The notes below the pieces were generated by a model. That model did not search any database. It saw only the letters and a list, made by a program, of their open reading frames with translations, and was not told the origin of the DNA. 64,000 bases of DNA, taken from Balanoglossus misakiensis. Taxonomy: Eukaryota > Animalia > Hemichordata. The stretch spans positions 1,116,001 to 1,180,000 of the forward strand of contig CM082577.2 in assembly GCA_040954595.2 (NCBI GenBank), in the 5' to 3' direction. This document shows positions 29,407 through 44,400 of the stretch, piece after piece. The position numbers and the translations under genes were made by a program. How positions within the stretch are numbered: the stretch's first letter is position 1; each line of letters begins with the position of its first letter.

Positions 29407-32400
29407 CTGAAACATTGTCAGAAGATGAAGATGATTACCTGTCAGATTGTAACCCTGATAGTGTTACATCAAGCATTACCAATAGCCCTACCCCTCTACT
29501 AAAGATGAGTGGCCAACCATCAGGATCTCTCACCCCCAGCCCAGGGGGACCCTTCTCGGCATTGACCCCAAGTATGTGGCCTCAAGATATCCTGGCAAAA
29601 TTAGCACAGGTGAGAACAGTGTATACATGTGTAGGTGTAAACAATCTCTCTTGACATTTCACTTTGCATTTTGATTGATTTTGAAAATTATCCTTAGCTG
29701 TTTGCCTTTGCTTAGCAATTTGAATTTTTTTTTCAGACTGAAGATTCCAGCAACCCACCAGAGTTTCGATATGATGAGTTTGGTTTCCGTGTGGATGAAG
29801 AGGACGGAGCTGAACCCAATTCCAATAAATTACTGAGCCAGCCATTAGTGGAGGAGCCGCAACACAGGTTAAAATGGACAGCCCATTTAGAATTTACACA
29901 TAATCAGAATGTGGGTAACCTAACCTGGGACAAGGTAAATTTACAGTAAAAATCATTAAATTTCATTGCGTTTTCATTGTAAAATAGATGACCTCAGTAT
30001 TCTATGATGAAAAACTTTCAACAGACAAATTGTGTTACAGTCCAATTATTTTAGCACTGGGTTGAACCATATACATTGGAATGGGGGTGAAAGGGTCAGA
30101 TTGTGTCATGTCACATGCGTCCATGGCAGCATTAGAGTTACCAGTATTTCATGATTTGCGTCATTGATTTTGTATAGGTTGACTCCAGTTTACATCGATC
30201 TGACAAACTGCGGAGTCTGGTGAAAACTGGCATTCCTCACAGTATGAGAGGTCAAATATGGATGAGAGTGTCAGGGGGAATGAAGAAAAAACAGAATTCA
30301 GAAATTTCCTACAAGGTGAGTTTAATTATACGCAATTACTTTGAAGTTTGAATGTTACTGATAGTAAAACCAAGTGAAACACAGAAAGATTGGTATTTTT
30401 AATGAGGTCAGAAAATCAGGTTCAAAATTCCAGTAGTTCAACATCCAGTGATTTTTAGCTTCTGGCTACCCTGATTAAAAACTGCTGCTAGCCCTTGGGC
30501 TAACAAATTAAAGTGGAACTTGACACATTTTTATCACCTTGGGCTTTAATATCTCTAATGCAGAACTGAAACTTCCACTTGCCAGAAGTGGTAAAATGGT
30601 TCAAAGTTCACTGAGTTTGAACCTCAGTGACATAATAATTCACCAAACTGGTGAATCTCCCATGTCTACTTGTATAAACTGCAGTTACTGACTCCATAAT
30701 TCTTTTCTATTATAGGATGTAATTAAGGCCAGTTCCAATGAGCACACAGTCACTGCCAAACAAATTGAAAAGGTGAGATTGAACATTTGAACCACATTTT
30801 GATATTTTCACAAGAGATAAAATGTCTGCTCGCACACCAGGCACAGAGGCTATATTTTTCCATGATTTCCATTTTCCACAGGATTTACTGAGGACGATGC
30901 CAAGCAATGCATGCTTTTCAAACATCAACAGTACAGGTATCCCAAGGCTCCGGAGAATACTGCGATGCATCGCCTGGTTGTATCCAGAAATCGGATACTG
31001 CCAAGGAACTGGAATGGTGAGTGAAATAAAGCGTCTGGTAATTACAGTTAGAGAATTCTGTGATGAGACTTCTATCTGCATTATATAGTTACTGACTGAT
31101 GACTTTTTTCATCAAATGTTTCTGCATAGTATCTCAATGGCTTTATTCACTCGATCATAAAAACTGACCTGAAGTGACCCCCATCAATCAAACACAATCA
31201 ACAAACTTAACCTGTTTTGTGTGATTTTTTTCCACGTTTCAAGATGGCTGCCCCACTGTTGCTATTTTTAGAAGAGGAAGATGCTTTCTGGATGATGTGT
31301 ACAATAGTGGAGGATTTAGTGCCAGCATCCTATTATTCAAATACTCTCATAGGAGTACAGGTATTACAAACATACACATATTTGCTGACATCTTGGCATC
31401 ATTTCTGAACCGTTTATCATTCCCGTTTTTGTTCCAATGTGAGGTCACATCTTGACGTGGCACAGATGGGATCCCTGACCTGAGTGACCTCAATCTCTGA
31501 CCTCTTAAACATGAATGCCAACATGGCACTTTGTGGACATTTTCCCTTCAGATCTAAAACCCATTCAAAGAGCTGGTAAATCATCTATTAATTTAAAGAA
31601 CATCTTGCCAATTTTTCTAATATTTTGCAAACGGGATGCAAACTTATGGCTTTGGTTTGGATATTATTTTGGATAAATTTGCGTGAAATTTTACTTATAA
31701 ATTTTCATTTTTTAGGCTGATCAACGAGTTTTACGCCAGCTACTTGTAAGTTACCTCCCAGACCTTGATGTATTACTGAAAGAACATGATATAGGTAAGA
31801 CAGATTTCATTACATGATCAGTAATATTTAATCTAGGTTTATGAATATAATTTGAGAGGGAAAGAACTAGAAACTGTACACCCAAAGTTTTAGAAAAAAA
31901 ATGATAAGTTAATGTGCCATTGACCCTCTGTCTAGAAAAAGTTCAAAAAGTACCATGTGTTTTGAGTATTTTATGTGGTTAGAGTTCAAATGGTGACAAC
32001 CATTGCAAACAGTTGCATACCATTGCAGGTCCCTGTGGACATAGTTTTTTTTTTTTTTGGGGGGGGGGGGGCTGAATAACAGATTGGGCTCTGCCTGTCT
32101 GGTCAGACATGCAGGGACTGATTTCATTCAGACTTTAATAGTACAAGGACAATGAACTGTACATGCCAATATCAAATGGCTTCCACGTGGCAATTTTGTT
32201 ATGATTTTTTAATGTCCAAAGCCATCATGCAAACATGCCTGAACAGATTTCATTCATACTTGGTATAAGGGCATTGTACTATGAATTAACGTACATATGC
32301 ATGTCAGCTACTCCAGTGGGAACTGTGTCATTGACAATGACTTGTATAAAAACAGTTCTGTTGTCACATGTCATGGTTGCCCTTACACATGTGCAAGATT

Positions 32401-35400
32401 GTAAGAAACATAAAACAGTCTGGTATGCAGAAATATCTGGAAAACAATGTCAAAGTTCAACCATCCCCCATAAATCACCCTAGTCTGACTCACTTTCTAC
32501 TTCTAACGTGGGAAGACTGTCCTATGTTTGCAATATACTGGAGTTTAATACAAAGAACAGTTGACCTTCATTAAAAAAGTTATGGAATCTCACACCCCAA
32601 TGACCTCAGTCCTGGGAGAAGATGTCATACATGACTTGGAGATATTTTGTTTCACTTGCCTCTGGCTTCTTTAAGACAAATATCACAATGAGTGTGAGAA
32701 ATCTTATCTGAGGTCTTTGGCGTATGAGAATCTTTTTTCACAAAAGACCACAAAATGTACTAAATTTTTACTAGAAACATTGAGTTGTTGATAACATGAC
32801 TGCCATCGGACATGTTGTGGTTCTTGTCCATCTACATGTACTTCATACAAGATCGTTTTGAAGTTGCCATACATTCCCTTATGAACCATATCTTGTCTTG
32901 ATGTCTGATATTACTTTTTCTTTTTTATCTGTCCAACAGAGTTGTCATTGATAACATTACATTGGTTTCTGACAACCTTTGCTAATGTGGTTCACATGAA
33001 AGTTTTGCTTCGACTGTGGGATTTATTCTTCTATGAGGGCTCTGTTATTCTCTTTCAAATCACCCTTGGAATGCTGAAATTGAAGGTAAGAAACAGTCCT
33101 CCTTCCAAGGTTTTTGGTGTCATGACCGTTGTCCTGGGTACATATCATTCTCCTTATCTCATCACAAGAAGTTTGTGTAGTCTTACATATCACAGTCTCT
33201 GTGGCTAACCATAAGCAGTGTCAGATTTATGACATCAAATAATGGTGTCATTTTGCATTGTGTATTTTACTTCTGTAAGTATACAATTTTCTTTGAGTAC
33301 TGAAATTACAGGATGCTTATTTTAGACCACAGAATTTTACTGACATTTAAGAAAAAAACAATTTGCAGTGAAACTTGAATGTACCAACCTTAACAGCGCC
33401 CTCTTTAGGCCAGGAATGAATCTGTCATAATGCGCCCACAACTCAAGTCACTCTTCATGATCGGATGAACTCTGTTACAATGGAATATGCACTGTATAAT
33501 GAAAGGGAATGATATTTTTAAAAATTCTTAAACGAGTATCTTTCTGTCTAGTAATAGATAGATTTTAGAAAAGACATTGAAATCATTTTCATCATATTGT
33601 TTGATTATTTTCATTGATTAAAGTTTCAATATTTAATCAGTAATGAATGAATCTATTCATTGCTGTGTTATGCTATACAAGTAGTTGGAAAAATTGCCAC
33701 ATCTACAGCAATATGACAGTGATGTCATTTATAGTTATCATGTGACACTGGACTCCCTAGGTCAGCGAATTTTGTTTTAATGCATGCTGTGGGCAGTTAA
33801 TTTTACAGCAGATATGGTTTGTACGTCAAAGGTGATGTTTTATCAGAAAAAAAGTAACATTCATAATCTGTTATAATACACATTTGAAGTGAGGTGTTAG
33901 TACATGTGTAATAACATGAAGAATATCGGTGGAGTTTAGCAGACCACTGACAATACCTGACATCTGTTATTCCGCATGGAATATTTTAACTATTTTTAAC
34001 CAAACCACGTACCACAACACAAGGTCCATAACCTTTAATAGTTCCATGTAATTTCACAAAATTTAAGTGATGTTATTTGGCTGGTTTTTTTAGTTATCAT
34101 TGCTGATTTCAGTCAAATTTTATAGAGTACTTCGTTGTCAAGTTACCTAGTTAGCAGTGGTGGATTTGTACGTGGAATTCTCTATTTGTATTGTACAGCA
34201 GACACACAAGTACAGCACTTAATCATGAAATTATCAACTTACTACAGTTGATATAATGTCAAACATTCCTCCATCACCGTAGAAAAATTCAACATATTTA
34301 TGTCAGCTGGGAAATTATATTTTATAGATGAGACTGCCAGCAAAAACATATTGATGTGTGTAATTAACATTCTGTGTGTACATGTACATGTACTGGGTAT
34401 ACACCACTCTGTAGTAATTTACCAACCCTCAAAAATAACATGGGTATGTAAAAACGTCAGTTTCATTAAAATGGATGCAAGATGAATATTCACGCCTTAA
34501 TTATGATGACGGTAATACAGAAACCTATTGTGCACACATTGGAGTATTTGTGGATTAAGATCCACAAGTGTGCCATATGCAGAGTATCATCATTGAATAT
34601 TGCTGCCGCAGCAGTGATGTGGCAGATTGCTGTTTATACTATTGATTGACTGTCGCACAGTCACGTCCGCACGCATTGGAGGAAACAGGTGATAGGAGAA
34701 CAGCTTTATACGGTTGTTAATTATTTCACATTATTGGTAGGTGTGTATACCCGGTATTTATATACCCTGACCTCAGATACCTCTTTTAGTATAGGCCTTG
34801 ATTATGAGGCTGAGGTCGTATTCGGCTGCGATGTGGCCGGGAGTGTTTATACCGTTGTAGTGGGTTAGAAAATCTGATACAATGCAGTTGGTCTAGTCGT
34901 GGATGTCTGGGATATGGAAGTGGATGTACGTTGGGTGAAAATGGATGTCGATGATCATCGGCTGATTTAAAATGTCATATGTAGTTCTGGAGGATGAAAT
35001 GGATGTGACATGGGGTCTGCCAACTCAAGCATCACACTTTCAGTTCCTGATCAAACACAATCTCCACACAATGGAACTAGGGCATGGGGCCAAAATTTGG
35101 CCCACTCCTTGCGGATATCTCAATTGCAAGTGTTTAATCTATGAGACAATCAACCCAGTAACGTTTACTCTTCATGAAGCTGATATTGATAACGATGATG
35201 TCATCTTCAATGCCTATCTGGGGTGTTGTCCAGCACAGGGTTACAGGAACCGCAAGGTATGTGAATTTTTCATATCAATGTCATCTGATATGTTTTATCA
35301 CTACAGGAAGACACATTACTGGAGTTGGAGAACTCCGCTCAGATATTTAACGCTCTCTCAGATATCCCCAGTGAAATTGATGATGTGGACAAACTTATAG

Positions 35401-38400
35401 AGGTAGGATTATTTTCAATCTTACAAGCTCCATTTTATCATATTTTTGTAGATAAAAAATATTAAGTGTAATGCATAACAGATATGACCTGAAGGTCATT
35501 CTAGTTCGCATATAGTGGTCCTACATTGCTAGGATACATGAAATATCAGAGGTGACTTCCAATAGGGTTTATTTTATAATCCAAGATAATAATTGGCAAT
35601 TATCAGCTGACACATTCTTCAAATTACAAAATGTATTAATTTTACATTTGTGAAAAGGAGTTTAAATTTTCCCTATTTAAAAGCATTGCCAGAAAAATTA
35701 ATATTATACTGATGTAAGTTTGAACCCTTCATACCAGGACTGAAATTTGATGACAGCTACTGTAATCTATTATGAGGAATGAGCTCTGTGTGAATATGAG
35801 CCATGACCTAATTACAGCTTCATGCGATGTACAGTTTGATAGTCTGAAATAAAAATGTTACTGGTTTTCAATTCATGAGGGCAGGGATCTTTATTTTATT
35901 AATTGTATGTATTTAATTTTTTTTTGTCTTCAGTCGGCTATGAAGGTATCAGCCTCATTAACAGATGTGCTGATTGACACTCACCGTCGTAAACATCTTG
36001 CATATTTAATGGCTGAGCAAGGGCAGATTGTCAATCCTGAATCAGCTGGCAATCTTCCGAAACAGGTAAGTCATGTGCTGGCCTTCCTGACAATTTCTAT
36101 GCCAGACATGTGTGGTGCTGTGTATGGATGATTTTCCACTCATTGCGAGATCTCGCGAGACTTGGATTATTACCATAGCAATGGGTTGCTACCCAAGTAA
36201 TGAGATGGCTTTTGTCTTGTAGTCATTTACATATCAATTAGTCGGCATTATGTATCATTATTCACATATACTGGAATATTGAAAAGCTATGTTTTTACAG
36301 TTGGTGACAAGTGTCACTGCAGTCTGGGTTAAGCGCTTTCCGTCTAACCATATGGTCACACTGGAGCAGAGAAAAGGATGTGTCTTTGAGTGAAAAGAGT
36401 CAAAGAAACCACATTTCGTGCATGTGTGCTTCAAGCTTGCTTGTTGGGAGTGATAAGAACATAGAGTGATGAAACTCCAACAAGACTTTGTTAATGTGCT
36501 TCTGTGTCATCAATCATGTTCACAGCATCTACACAGAAGACAATTACAGAGAAGAAAATCTCTCATTGGACAAATATTCGGTGAGTTGATAATATTTCAT
36601 CAAATTCTGTCATTGTCACTGACTAGACATCCTGACTTTATACCAGTCACTTATCTTCAGACAAATTACCAGCAATACCAACATTAATTAATACTCTATT
36701 GATAAACTCAACCCACAAATTCTGTTTTGAGTTTCCATACAATTTGCACAACTAATTTTGTAAAAAGAAACACTTCTTTTCCAAGAAATAAACTCAACTT
36801 TCCTCTGAAAACAGCATGCCTGAGGTTATATCAATTGAATTTCTCCTTTACAGGGCAAGATGACAGACCTGAAGATTTGAAGGCCAAGAATATTCGACAA
36901 ACAGAATTGGTTTCTGATCTGAGAGAGTCCATTTTACAAATAGGACGGCATTTCCAAAGTATAGACCCCAAAAATGCAAAAATTGTAAGTGCGTGTTTTG
37001 CCTTTGTGTGTTTTGTGCCCTTATACACCTGACTGTGTTTGTGTGAGTGTTATAAATAACATGTGTTCTTTTATTCTTCTTCAGTCATTACAACCTGACT
37101 ACTCGTTAGAAAGTCATCAAAAAGACCATGAAAACTTTGTCAACGTGACGAGAAACAGAAAGAGACGTGCCAAAGCACTTTTAGATTTCGAAAGGCATGA
37201 TGATGATGAATTGGGCTTTAGAAAAAATGATATCATTACAGTAAGTAACACACAATGATCAAATAGACTGCTTAATGACCATTTCCTTACAATACATGTA
37301 GCTAATTGCTCTGACATTTTTGAAGAGTTTTGACTGTCAAAATATGAGAATAATCTATTCATGACACAATTTGATCTGAGGTGGCTCTTTGGCAACCCTT
37401 TTGTTATGATTTTACTGATTTCATGATTCCATCAATTCATGATTTCTTGCAATGTTCTCCTAGTCTATTTGCATTGTTTACCATGACTTTTTGGTTGTTA
37501 TTTTCTTCAGATAATATCACAGAAAGACGAACACTGTTGGGTTGGAGAATTGAATGGACTCAGAGGTCAGTCATTGTGTGTTTTAATTTTTTTTATTACA
37601 TTTGCAATCATAAAGTATACTCAGAGTCAGAATGTATAGTCAACAAGTTTTTTTCTCGTCACAGGATGGTTTCCTGCAAAGTTTGTGGAACTGTTAGACG
37701 AACGCAGTAAACAATATACAACAGCTGGTGATGACTCGGTGACAGAAACCATTACAGATTTGGTTCGTGGAGTGTGAGTATATTTATTGGTTCCCCACGA
37801 AAATGGTTCATATTTGGTGACAGTGTTAAAAGATCCAGAACTGATACAAAGAAATATCATTCCTCAAATGACTAATCAACCACTTTTTTAAATATCTTGG
37901 TACATATTGCTTGAGGTGCACAATTTAAAAATCATTTCTCATTAAACCTGTTATAAATACATGTTTCTCGTTTGATTTATGTCAACAGTTTAGCACCGAC
38001 TTTGAAATCTGTTTTTGAGCATGGTCTTAGGAGGCCCAACTTTCTCGGTGGACCTTGCCATCCATGGTTGTTCATGGAAGAGGTAGGATCATTTGTATTT
38101 TTTGTCAGAAATGCAACAGACTTTAACACAACAATAAATATCTCTCCTTGATGATATTGTTGGCTGTCGTGTGTGGTTGTTGACGTTGGGGGCAGTAGCA
38201 AAACAACCCAGTGGTAAAAACGAAAGTATGAGTAGAGGAATGTGTAGAGGGCGTCACCTTTGCCAACAGATTTTTCAGTCACAGTACCTGGTATTTGTCA
38301 CGCTAATTGAGTTGGACAGAATTCCAATCAAGTCCTGTTGTGTATGAATTTTTTACCATTTATAGTACACATGGGAATAAGGTCATTTCTCTTTTGAAGG

Positions 38401-41400
38401 ACTTTAAGAATACAATTTTATAAGTTCATGGACTTCAGGATAATTAACTCTAATAGGCTTGTAATGAATTCTTAAATGATGGCACGATGTCTGTTCTCTA
38501 GACATTATGTGCTTGTAGTTTCTTGACCAGGGTTGCCAAAAGGTGTTTGTATGTAATTTTATACCTCCCAACATTTTCATGAACACTTGGCATTTTTGTG
38601 TGTGTACCGTGTTGAGTAGAACTGAAAACAGCACAAAGAAATCGTACATTGCGATAGCCTTCATAATTCAGCTATCAATGCAGGGGGTAGTTCGACCATC
38701 ATATTAAAGTGTGAGATCATCCCCCAAAACAAGCATCCATTGTAGACCTGGCTTAGACAGGTTGACATCGTCAAGTAGAAACATTCATTCTGTAGTGAGT
38801 GTATTTGCTCCTTTGTTTGCGTATGAACTTTGAAGTCTGCAGCTTTGAAGTGGACAGACTTCAATGAACCTGGAAAAGTCATCTGTTGGACATATGTGTG
38901 CAGTGGCTGTGAACAAGACATGTCATCAAGATTTCATTTGCCCCCCTCCCCCCAACTAGACACTCAGTGTCAGAGATTGTCTACATGTTACCAGATCACA
39001 GTGGTATTTCAACAACAGTATAACCCACACAACACCAACAAGCATCTGTTTTGCCTCTCCTTAATTTCACCCATCAACTGGGTATTAAAACAGCTTTAGA
39101 ATGACTTGTCAGCCATCAATGAATGTTGACTAGAAGAAATCACTCTACTGTCTGCCAGATGGACTTAATAGTTTAATTTATTGCTTGCATACTTATGTCG
39201 ACAAGCCCGCTATAATGTACACATCGCCCCCAACATACTTGAATTCGTCTGAACATCTACTCAACCAGCAAACCGTAAAACGACTGACTTTTGTGATTTG
39301 TTAACTTTCATTGTGTATTTACCAAGTCTTTTATTTTTAGGGTGAAGTAAGGACTTGCAAATATTTGATAAATTAATACACTCTTTAAAATTTAACTGTG
39401 TCCTGTTTGAACAATTGCAATTTGTACATTAACAGTTTTCAAGTTGTCATGTCAGCTGAGCTTTATGGAATTTTCCATCCCAAAATAATGGCAACAAAGT
39501 CAATCTACTTGTTTGGTTTGAAATGGCAAAGACTACTCTGATATATAAACCTATTATATGTCATTCATTTTTTTTTCATTTTCGAGAGTATATACTCACT
39601 CATAAGAATCATCTATTTTATCATCATGATGAGAATTTAGCAAACTTCTCTGACATGAACTTTGTCAAACATCTTGCCATCACACAAAAATCAAAGGCAG
39701 CTGTTCCTTAACCTCTTCACCCTTACCTCATGTGGAATGGCCTAGCTTGGCAGCAGCCAACAATAGGAATACTGTAATGTACAGGAAATTGAGGGGGGTG
39801 GTGGGGTTAAGCTGTGCTGTTTCCGTCTCAAATGAGAACACCATAGGGGCAGGTTATTGCTGATTGAAATTCAGCTTCAAAATGTCAACCATCATCTATT
39901 TTTGGCTCACCATTTCCTGCTGCCAGTAGCAGTTTGTTCAATAAAAAGTAATTCATTGATGAGAAACACTGTGTTGTCATCAGAAATAGACTGTCTTCCG
40001 GATGATATCCCAGCTGAAACCTGTGAAAGACATCGTCTTAAAACGAAAATGCAAGCTGTTGATGGGTTTATCAGATGTTGATCTGGAAATGATATTTTCC
40101 TTTGAACTGGTTGCAAAGGAGTTGATCGAACTGAACACTATGTTGACCCAGAAATTTGTGTGTGGGAATTAAATATTTCCATCTGTACTTTAATACCACC
40201 TTTGTTCATATCGACCCAGAAATCTAATTTTAGGAGTGAAAGATTCCCAGTTGTGTGTACCTAGCCTACTTGTAGGGAATTGAACTTTGCATTTACTTCT
40301 GTGACTGAGTCAGTGAACTCAGACTTGTGTATGAGAGATTTATATGAGTCTCTTCAGTAAAAAATTCCCTGCAAGTTCTTCAATATATCTGCATTTTCAG
40401 GGAGTGATTACATCCTTATAACTAATGTGTAAATGTTGTTGTTTGTTGCATATTTTGCTATGAATCAACATGACATGCATTTGCAAGCACTGAGATGTGT
40501 GTAAAAATTCAGTCGTTTTCAACTTCAAACTTTAAATATTCCTTCGTTTGATATTCTCTGTTCAGGCTGCTGCCAAAGAAGTGGAGAGAGACTTTGATTC
40601 TGTTTATTCAAGACTGGTGCTCTGCAAGACATACAGGTAAAAAGCTTTGATTCTTTACTTGCTACCTTAACCCTTTCACTTAATTCTTCCACTAGGTTGT
40701 TACTTGGATGTAGAATTTGAAAGACTTGATCAGCAGTCAACTCGCATCAATTAAATACAGTTGTGATGACAAGGAGTGTGTGAACAGTATGGACAAAAAT
40801 GAGAGAAAAGGTCACAGTCCTTTTTGATATTCAGTGAAAAGGTGTTTGTTCTTTTCTTACCATGACTCACTACTCTAGAAATTGAGGTCAGTTCACCGAG
40901 GATTGTTGGTGAGCTCTTCAATGGTGGTAAACATTTGTGTGTAGTGAGTCAGGAATTAATATTGTTGAGAGTAGATCAACTGTAACGGTTGGGTGTTGTT
41001 TTAGAATGACTTCCAGCCATTGGCTTGCCCCCTGTGATAGCTATTAAAGCCAAGCCTATTTGATTTTTAAACAGGAATTTACACCAGTGGGAATTCTCAC
41101 CTATTGTATCTGTAATCGCATGTACATGTATTTGTCAGTTTGGTCACAGGGAAGTCACACACATGTGTGGGGCCATGAAGAAAATGATCAACAACTTTTG
41201 TTGTGAAAAAGGAAGTTTTTAAAAAATGTGGATTTTGTATTGGTGTAACTACAAATATTGTTAGTGTATGTAATAACAGAAAAGTCATAAACATCCTAAG
41301 GCATAATATTGCATCAGTATTATTACAAAATTGGGAGAAAACAAAACAGCAAATCAGTAGCAGGAATGAAAATAATTTAGTAGTAATACTCCAAAACAAC

Positions 41401-44400
41401 TAGTTTTCACACATCCAGAAAAAAAACATCTGCATTTAATAAAATAATATTTGCTCACATACCATTCACGTGTGATATCAGATTCTGGTATTGCTGTGTT
41501 GAAAGATTTAGTTTTTCACCGAAAGCTTATCATGTCTTGATGTTGCGTAGGTTTGAACGTTATCTCTGTCTACATTCCAAACTTATTAGATCAAAAGTTT
41601 TAGTTGCGTTGGGTGATGTCATTATGTTGGATTATAGACTAGTCACAATATCTCTTTGAGATGATGTTTGTGCACTGTGCCATTTTTATCACCTGTTTTA
41701 TTGAAATTGAATTATTCGGAAGGCCTGAGAGGATGTGGGAATGCATTGTGAAACGTTGAAAAAACATCTTGATGTTGTTTGGCCCAAATTCATTATTTTC
41801 TAGGGTAAAGTTTGAGCTCTATAGAGGAAACTGGCGGTGAGAGGGTTTGATTGCCTTGTCATATCACAAACAAGTAACTGTTTGAGGCATAGTTGAACAG
41901 GTGTTGTTGAAACACAGGTTAGCTTTCCATTGCAGCCAAGCATTATAGTTTAAATGAACACTTGCATTTTCAAAGCTTTTTGATGATTGTAGGATTCACA
42001 ATGTTTGCATAGAGAACCACCATGTGAGTTTGACGCACTTCAAAAGAATGGGGGAAAAAAACATTGGTTTGGAACCAGCCTGAACTGCTTATTGCAGTAA
42101 TCCCTTCTGAAATGAGTGTAGTTGAATGAAAGTCGCTATTTGGAACTTCGCCAAGGCAATCAAGATGTTGATCTTAAATCATACCAAACAAAGAGGGGAG
42201 GACCTTGAGCTATTAAAGAAGGCGGTTTATTTGCATGTGCCTTAGAGGCAGAACCCTGTGGAGTTGGGAACTGGATGGAGAATGAAATAAAAAGAGCGGA
42301 AATATCCTGAGGCACTTGATTCTCATCCAAGGGTGTTTTGGATCTTGGAAAAGTGAATGAAATCTCGTTGACCCAAGGCGCTGACAACATTTCCGTCCAC
42401 TTACGCACAGTTCCGAGAAGTGGCTGCGGTCAAGAGGGATACGCCCTTGAAACACTGATTGTGGGTCTGTAATGAGCCATGTGTTGTTTACCTTTTGCTA
42501 AGTTGTTGATTGCACAGAAGTCATGTGGGCTAGGGATGAGTTGGATCAACATCTCATTGTCAGTTAATGGGATGTAATGATGTACCTCTAGGTGTGTTCA
42601 TTTTATGTGCTTGAGCGGGGGAAAAAAAACGTGTAGATCCATGATTCAACAGGTATTCTTTATTTTTTGTGTGTGCGGATTCCTCTGAGAGACTCGAGTG
42701 AAAGAAATTTTCCAAAGAAACTCAAAAAAAGGGGTCTGTTGATATTGTAACTGTCCACTGACTACAAATGCCGGTTTGTCAGTAATTCAAGCCATTTCTC
42801 GGTTTGACCTACTTTTGATTCAGCACATTGGAGTCATTGATGCAGCATATGTGAGTCAGAGTACAGCAAGAAAAAGTCATTTATAACGCCCTCCATCCAC
42901 CCCATAATACTTTGCAGTTATTCACTCTATTCATCCATGCTGAATACACCTCAAGGAGATGCTTCTCAAGGTCACAATGACACAAACGTTGTTTACCTTC
43001 CGATGGAACTGGTTACTAAAAATAGATCAAAGAGGGGGAGGAACTGAGTTTCCCCCAGAGGAGTTTATGAACAATGTGTGGATTGGATCCAATTTGGATT
43101 GACTTCAAACTTTTTCTCATCACAGTGCTGATGTACACAATGCCAAGACTAGATCAGTTTCTCAAACAAGCTTGACTGATTTCATTCATACTCAGTACTA
43201 CAAGTAAAATATAGGGAACCATTTAATACATGCATTTGATACACATACAATCCGACATGGAGAGAAGTGAAAACAATACTCATAATATGAAAATGAGATT
43301 CATCATGAACAGCGCAAAGAAATCACTAACACTGGCAGCAAACAAAAACAAGCAAGAAAAAAAACCCAAGACATGATATGTCTAAACACAATATACACAA
43401 TTCAAGATAGCAGAAACAGTCCCAAGTATAATATTTTTAAACATCAAAGTTAGAAATAAAAAAAACTTAATTTTTTAGCTGACAGAAAGAAAAAAACAAG
43501 TTTGTTGACCCCATGTTCAATTCAAATTATTGACTTTAATGATTTTTCTTGTTGTGAGGGATTGTTGCACTTGAGGGATTGTTATTCTTAATAAGTTATT
43601 GTATTCTTGTTTGTTACTAGATGGCAATAATACAAAGAGATTATTGATTACTGAAAGTAGGCGGGTGATTTTGACTCTTTTTGCTTTGTAGTTTTCAAAC
43701 TTTTTTCCATGTGAAACAAAAACACGTGGCAGGTATGCCTTTACAGACAAATACATGTGGACATATAATAAAGTAAATAATAAATAATAAATGTGCCACC
43801 TATAGTGGTCTGTATAAATTGACGCCACAAACAACATTTGCTGTAAACGGTGATACAGGTTGGATGATATGTATCAGAAGTCACTGGGTAAATGAAACTC
43901 GATCATGGAATCATTTGTGCTGTTAAATGATTGACAATGAAACTTTATGGTTTATAGCACATTAGATTGATTTTAATAAAAAAGATCAAGATATATAAAG
44001 ATATGCATAATATAAATAAAAAGTTTTGTCTTGTAGTTAAGCTGTAACTGACTGGGACTATGACTGAGTGTATCAAATTGCATTCATTCATTGGTAATAG
44101 TGGCTCAAAAGAAGTTGTCTGACTTAACTGCCAGGTTTAAACAAATCTTTGTTACTTTCAACAGTCTGTTGGACTATATATAGCTTTCGCTTGCCAAATC
44201 AATCATGTCTGTCGGTTTCATTGGCTTCTTTTGTCATACAGCATTTTCCATACAATAAAATAAATGTGGTGTGTGTAACTTGCCTGTATCTGCCTGCATT
44301 CCTATCTTCAATTATACAAGAGAAAAAAACAGACTCAAAAAGAGCAAATAATTGGCGGTGACGGCCAAATTACACGACTGATGGCAGATAAACGTTGAAT

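Noticed and set aside
36320-36365. tRNA/SINE-like GGTTAAGCGCT segment
   Set aside because: No B box or cloverleaf
42126-42245. 39-codon [18 protein letters not shown]... in the large SGSM3 intron
   Set aside because: Length expected by chance; no splice or homology support
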